A stretch of 49,722 bases of DNA, the filler included, from Catajapyx aquilonaris (taxonomy: Eukaryota), in NCBI GenBank assembly GCA_000934665.2. It is 2 parts of 2 records of this genome, joined end to end, with 100 filler letters (N's around TTAATTAATTAA, not from the genome) between each part and the next. Parts side by side here need not be neighbours in the genome. Positions count along the whole stretch, not along the records: positions 29,385 to 49,722 come from JYFJ02006289.1; 1 more part is not named here. One strand, given 5' to 3'. A program made the position numbers and the translations under genes. Positions 49,006-49,722 of the stretch are shown piece by piece. The notes below the pieces were generated by a model that was not told where the DNA came from, ran no database searches, and worked only from the letters and a program-made list of their open reading frames with translations. How positions within the stretch are numbered: position 1 is the stretch's first letter; each line of letters begins with the position of its first letter.

Positions 49006-49190
49006 GTAAGTGTCGAATTTCGTGTTGAAATTATCGCCCAAGTAATGCAAAGTGTAATTATTACGCTCATTGCCGTTCGGAAAATTACAGCTCATCTTGG
49101 GCGTTATCAACAGAGTTGACACGCGCAAACTTAATTAACTTCAGACAAAAATGCACGTTAAAAAACAACATTATTTTACAATTGACGCTT

Positions 49191-49722
49191 CATACATTTT
49201 CATTACATTTCATGCATTTTCGTACATACAATTATTTATTTGTTTTATGCATACATTTTCATTACATTTCATGCATTTTCATACATACAATGGTTTATTT
49301 ATTTTATGCATACCTTTTCATTACATTTCATACATTTTCATACGTACAATTATTTATTTATTTTATGCATACATTTTCATTACATTTCATGCATTTTCAT
49401 GCGTACAATGATTTATTTATTTTATGCATACATTTTCATTACATTTCATGCATTTTCATACATACAATTATTTATTTATTTTATGCATACCTTTTCATTA
49501 CATTTCATACATTTTCATACGTACAATTATTTATTTATTTTATGCATACATTTTCATTACATTTCATGCATTTTCACAATTATTTATTTATTTTATGCAT
49601 ACATTTTCATTACATTTCATGCATATTCACAATTATTTATTTATTTTATGCATACATTTTCATTACATTTCATGCATTTTCACAATTATTTATTTATTTT
49701 ATGCATACATTTTAATTACATT
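49191..49722. repeat. 59-bp/53-bp AT-rich minisatellite
   Basis: Six 59-bp units from 49191, then 53-bp units from 49545; continues past the window end. Confidence 0.95.

Noticed and set aside
49116..49715. 199-aa hydrophobic His/Phe-rich ORF
   Set aside because: Arises from the 59/53-bp minisatellite and has no ATG start.

Overview
Eukaryotic (animal, most plausibly arthropod) genomic DNA in two halves separated by an artificial 100-bp spacer (44N-TTAATTAATTAA-44N, 29285-29384), so the halves may not be neighbours in vivo. The left half (1-29284) has no convincing host gene. It carries transposon debris (a P-element-type MITE with 8-bp TSD, Tc1/mariner MITEs, a mariner transposase relic, a hAT-like end, a fold-back element), tRNA-derived SINE heads and a tRNA-Ala(TGC) pseudogene split by a SINE with a 13-bp TSD. 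The right half is a compact cluster of spliced genes, mostly with 50-65 nt introns: condensin II subunit NCAPG2 (+), two tandem divergent rhodopsin-class GPCRs (+), TBL3/UTP13 (+), a gene encoding only a signal peptide plus the NPC1 N-terminal sterol-binding domain (+), a THAP-domain truncated P-transposase-like gene (-), and a probable signal-peptide first exon of a further gene. Most long introns there are filled by minisatellites. The strongest novelty candidates are the stand-alone secreted NPC1-NTD protein, the GPCR pair with non-canonical motifs, the repressor-like THAP gene and the SINE-in-tRNA insertion. Gene models were assembled by hand from splice signals and frame continuity; homology calls come from recalled sequences, not database searches.
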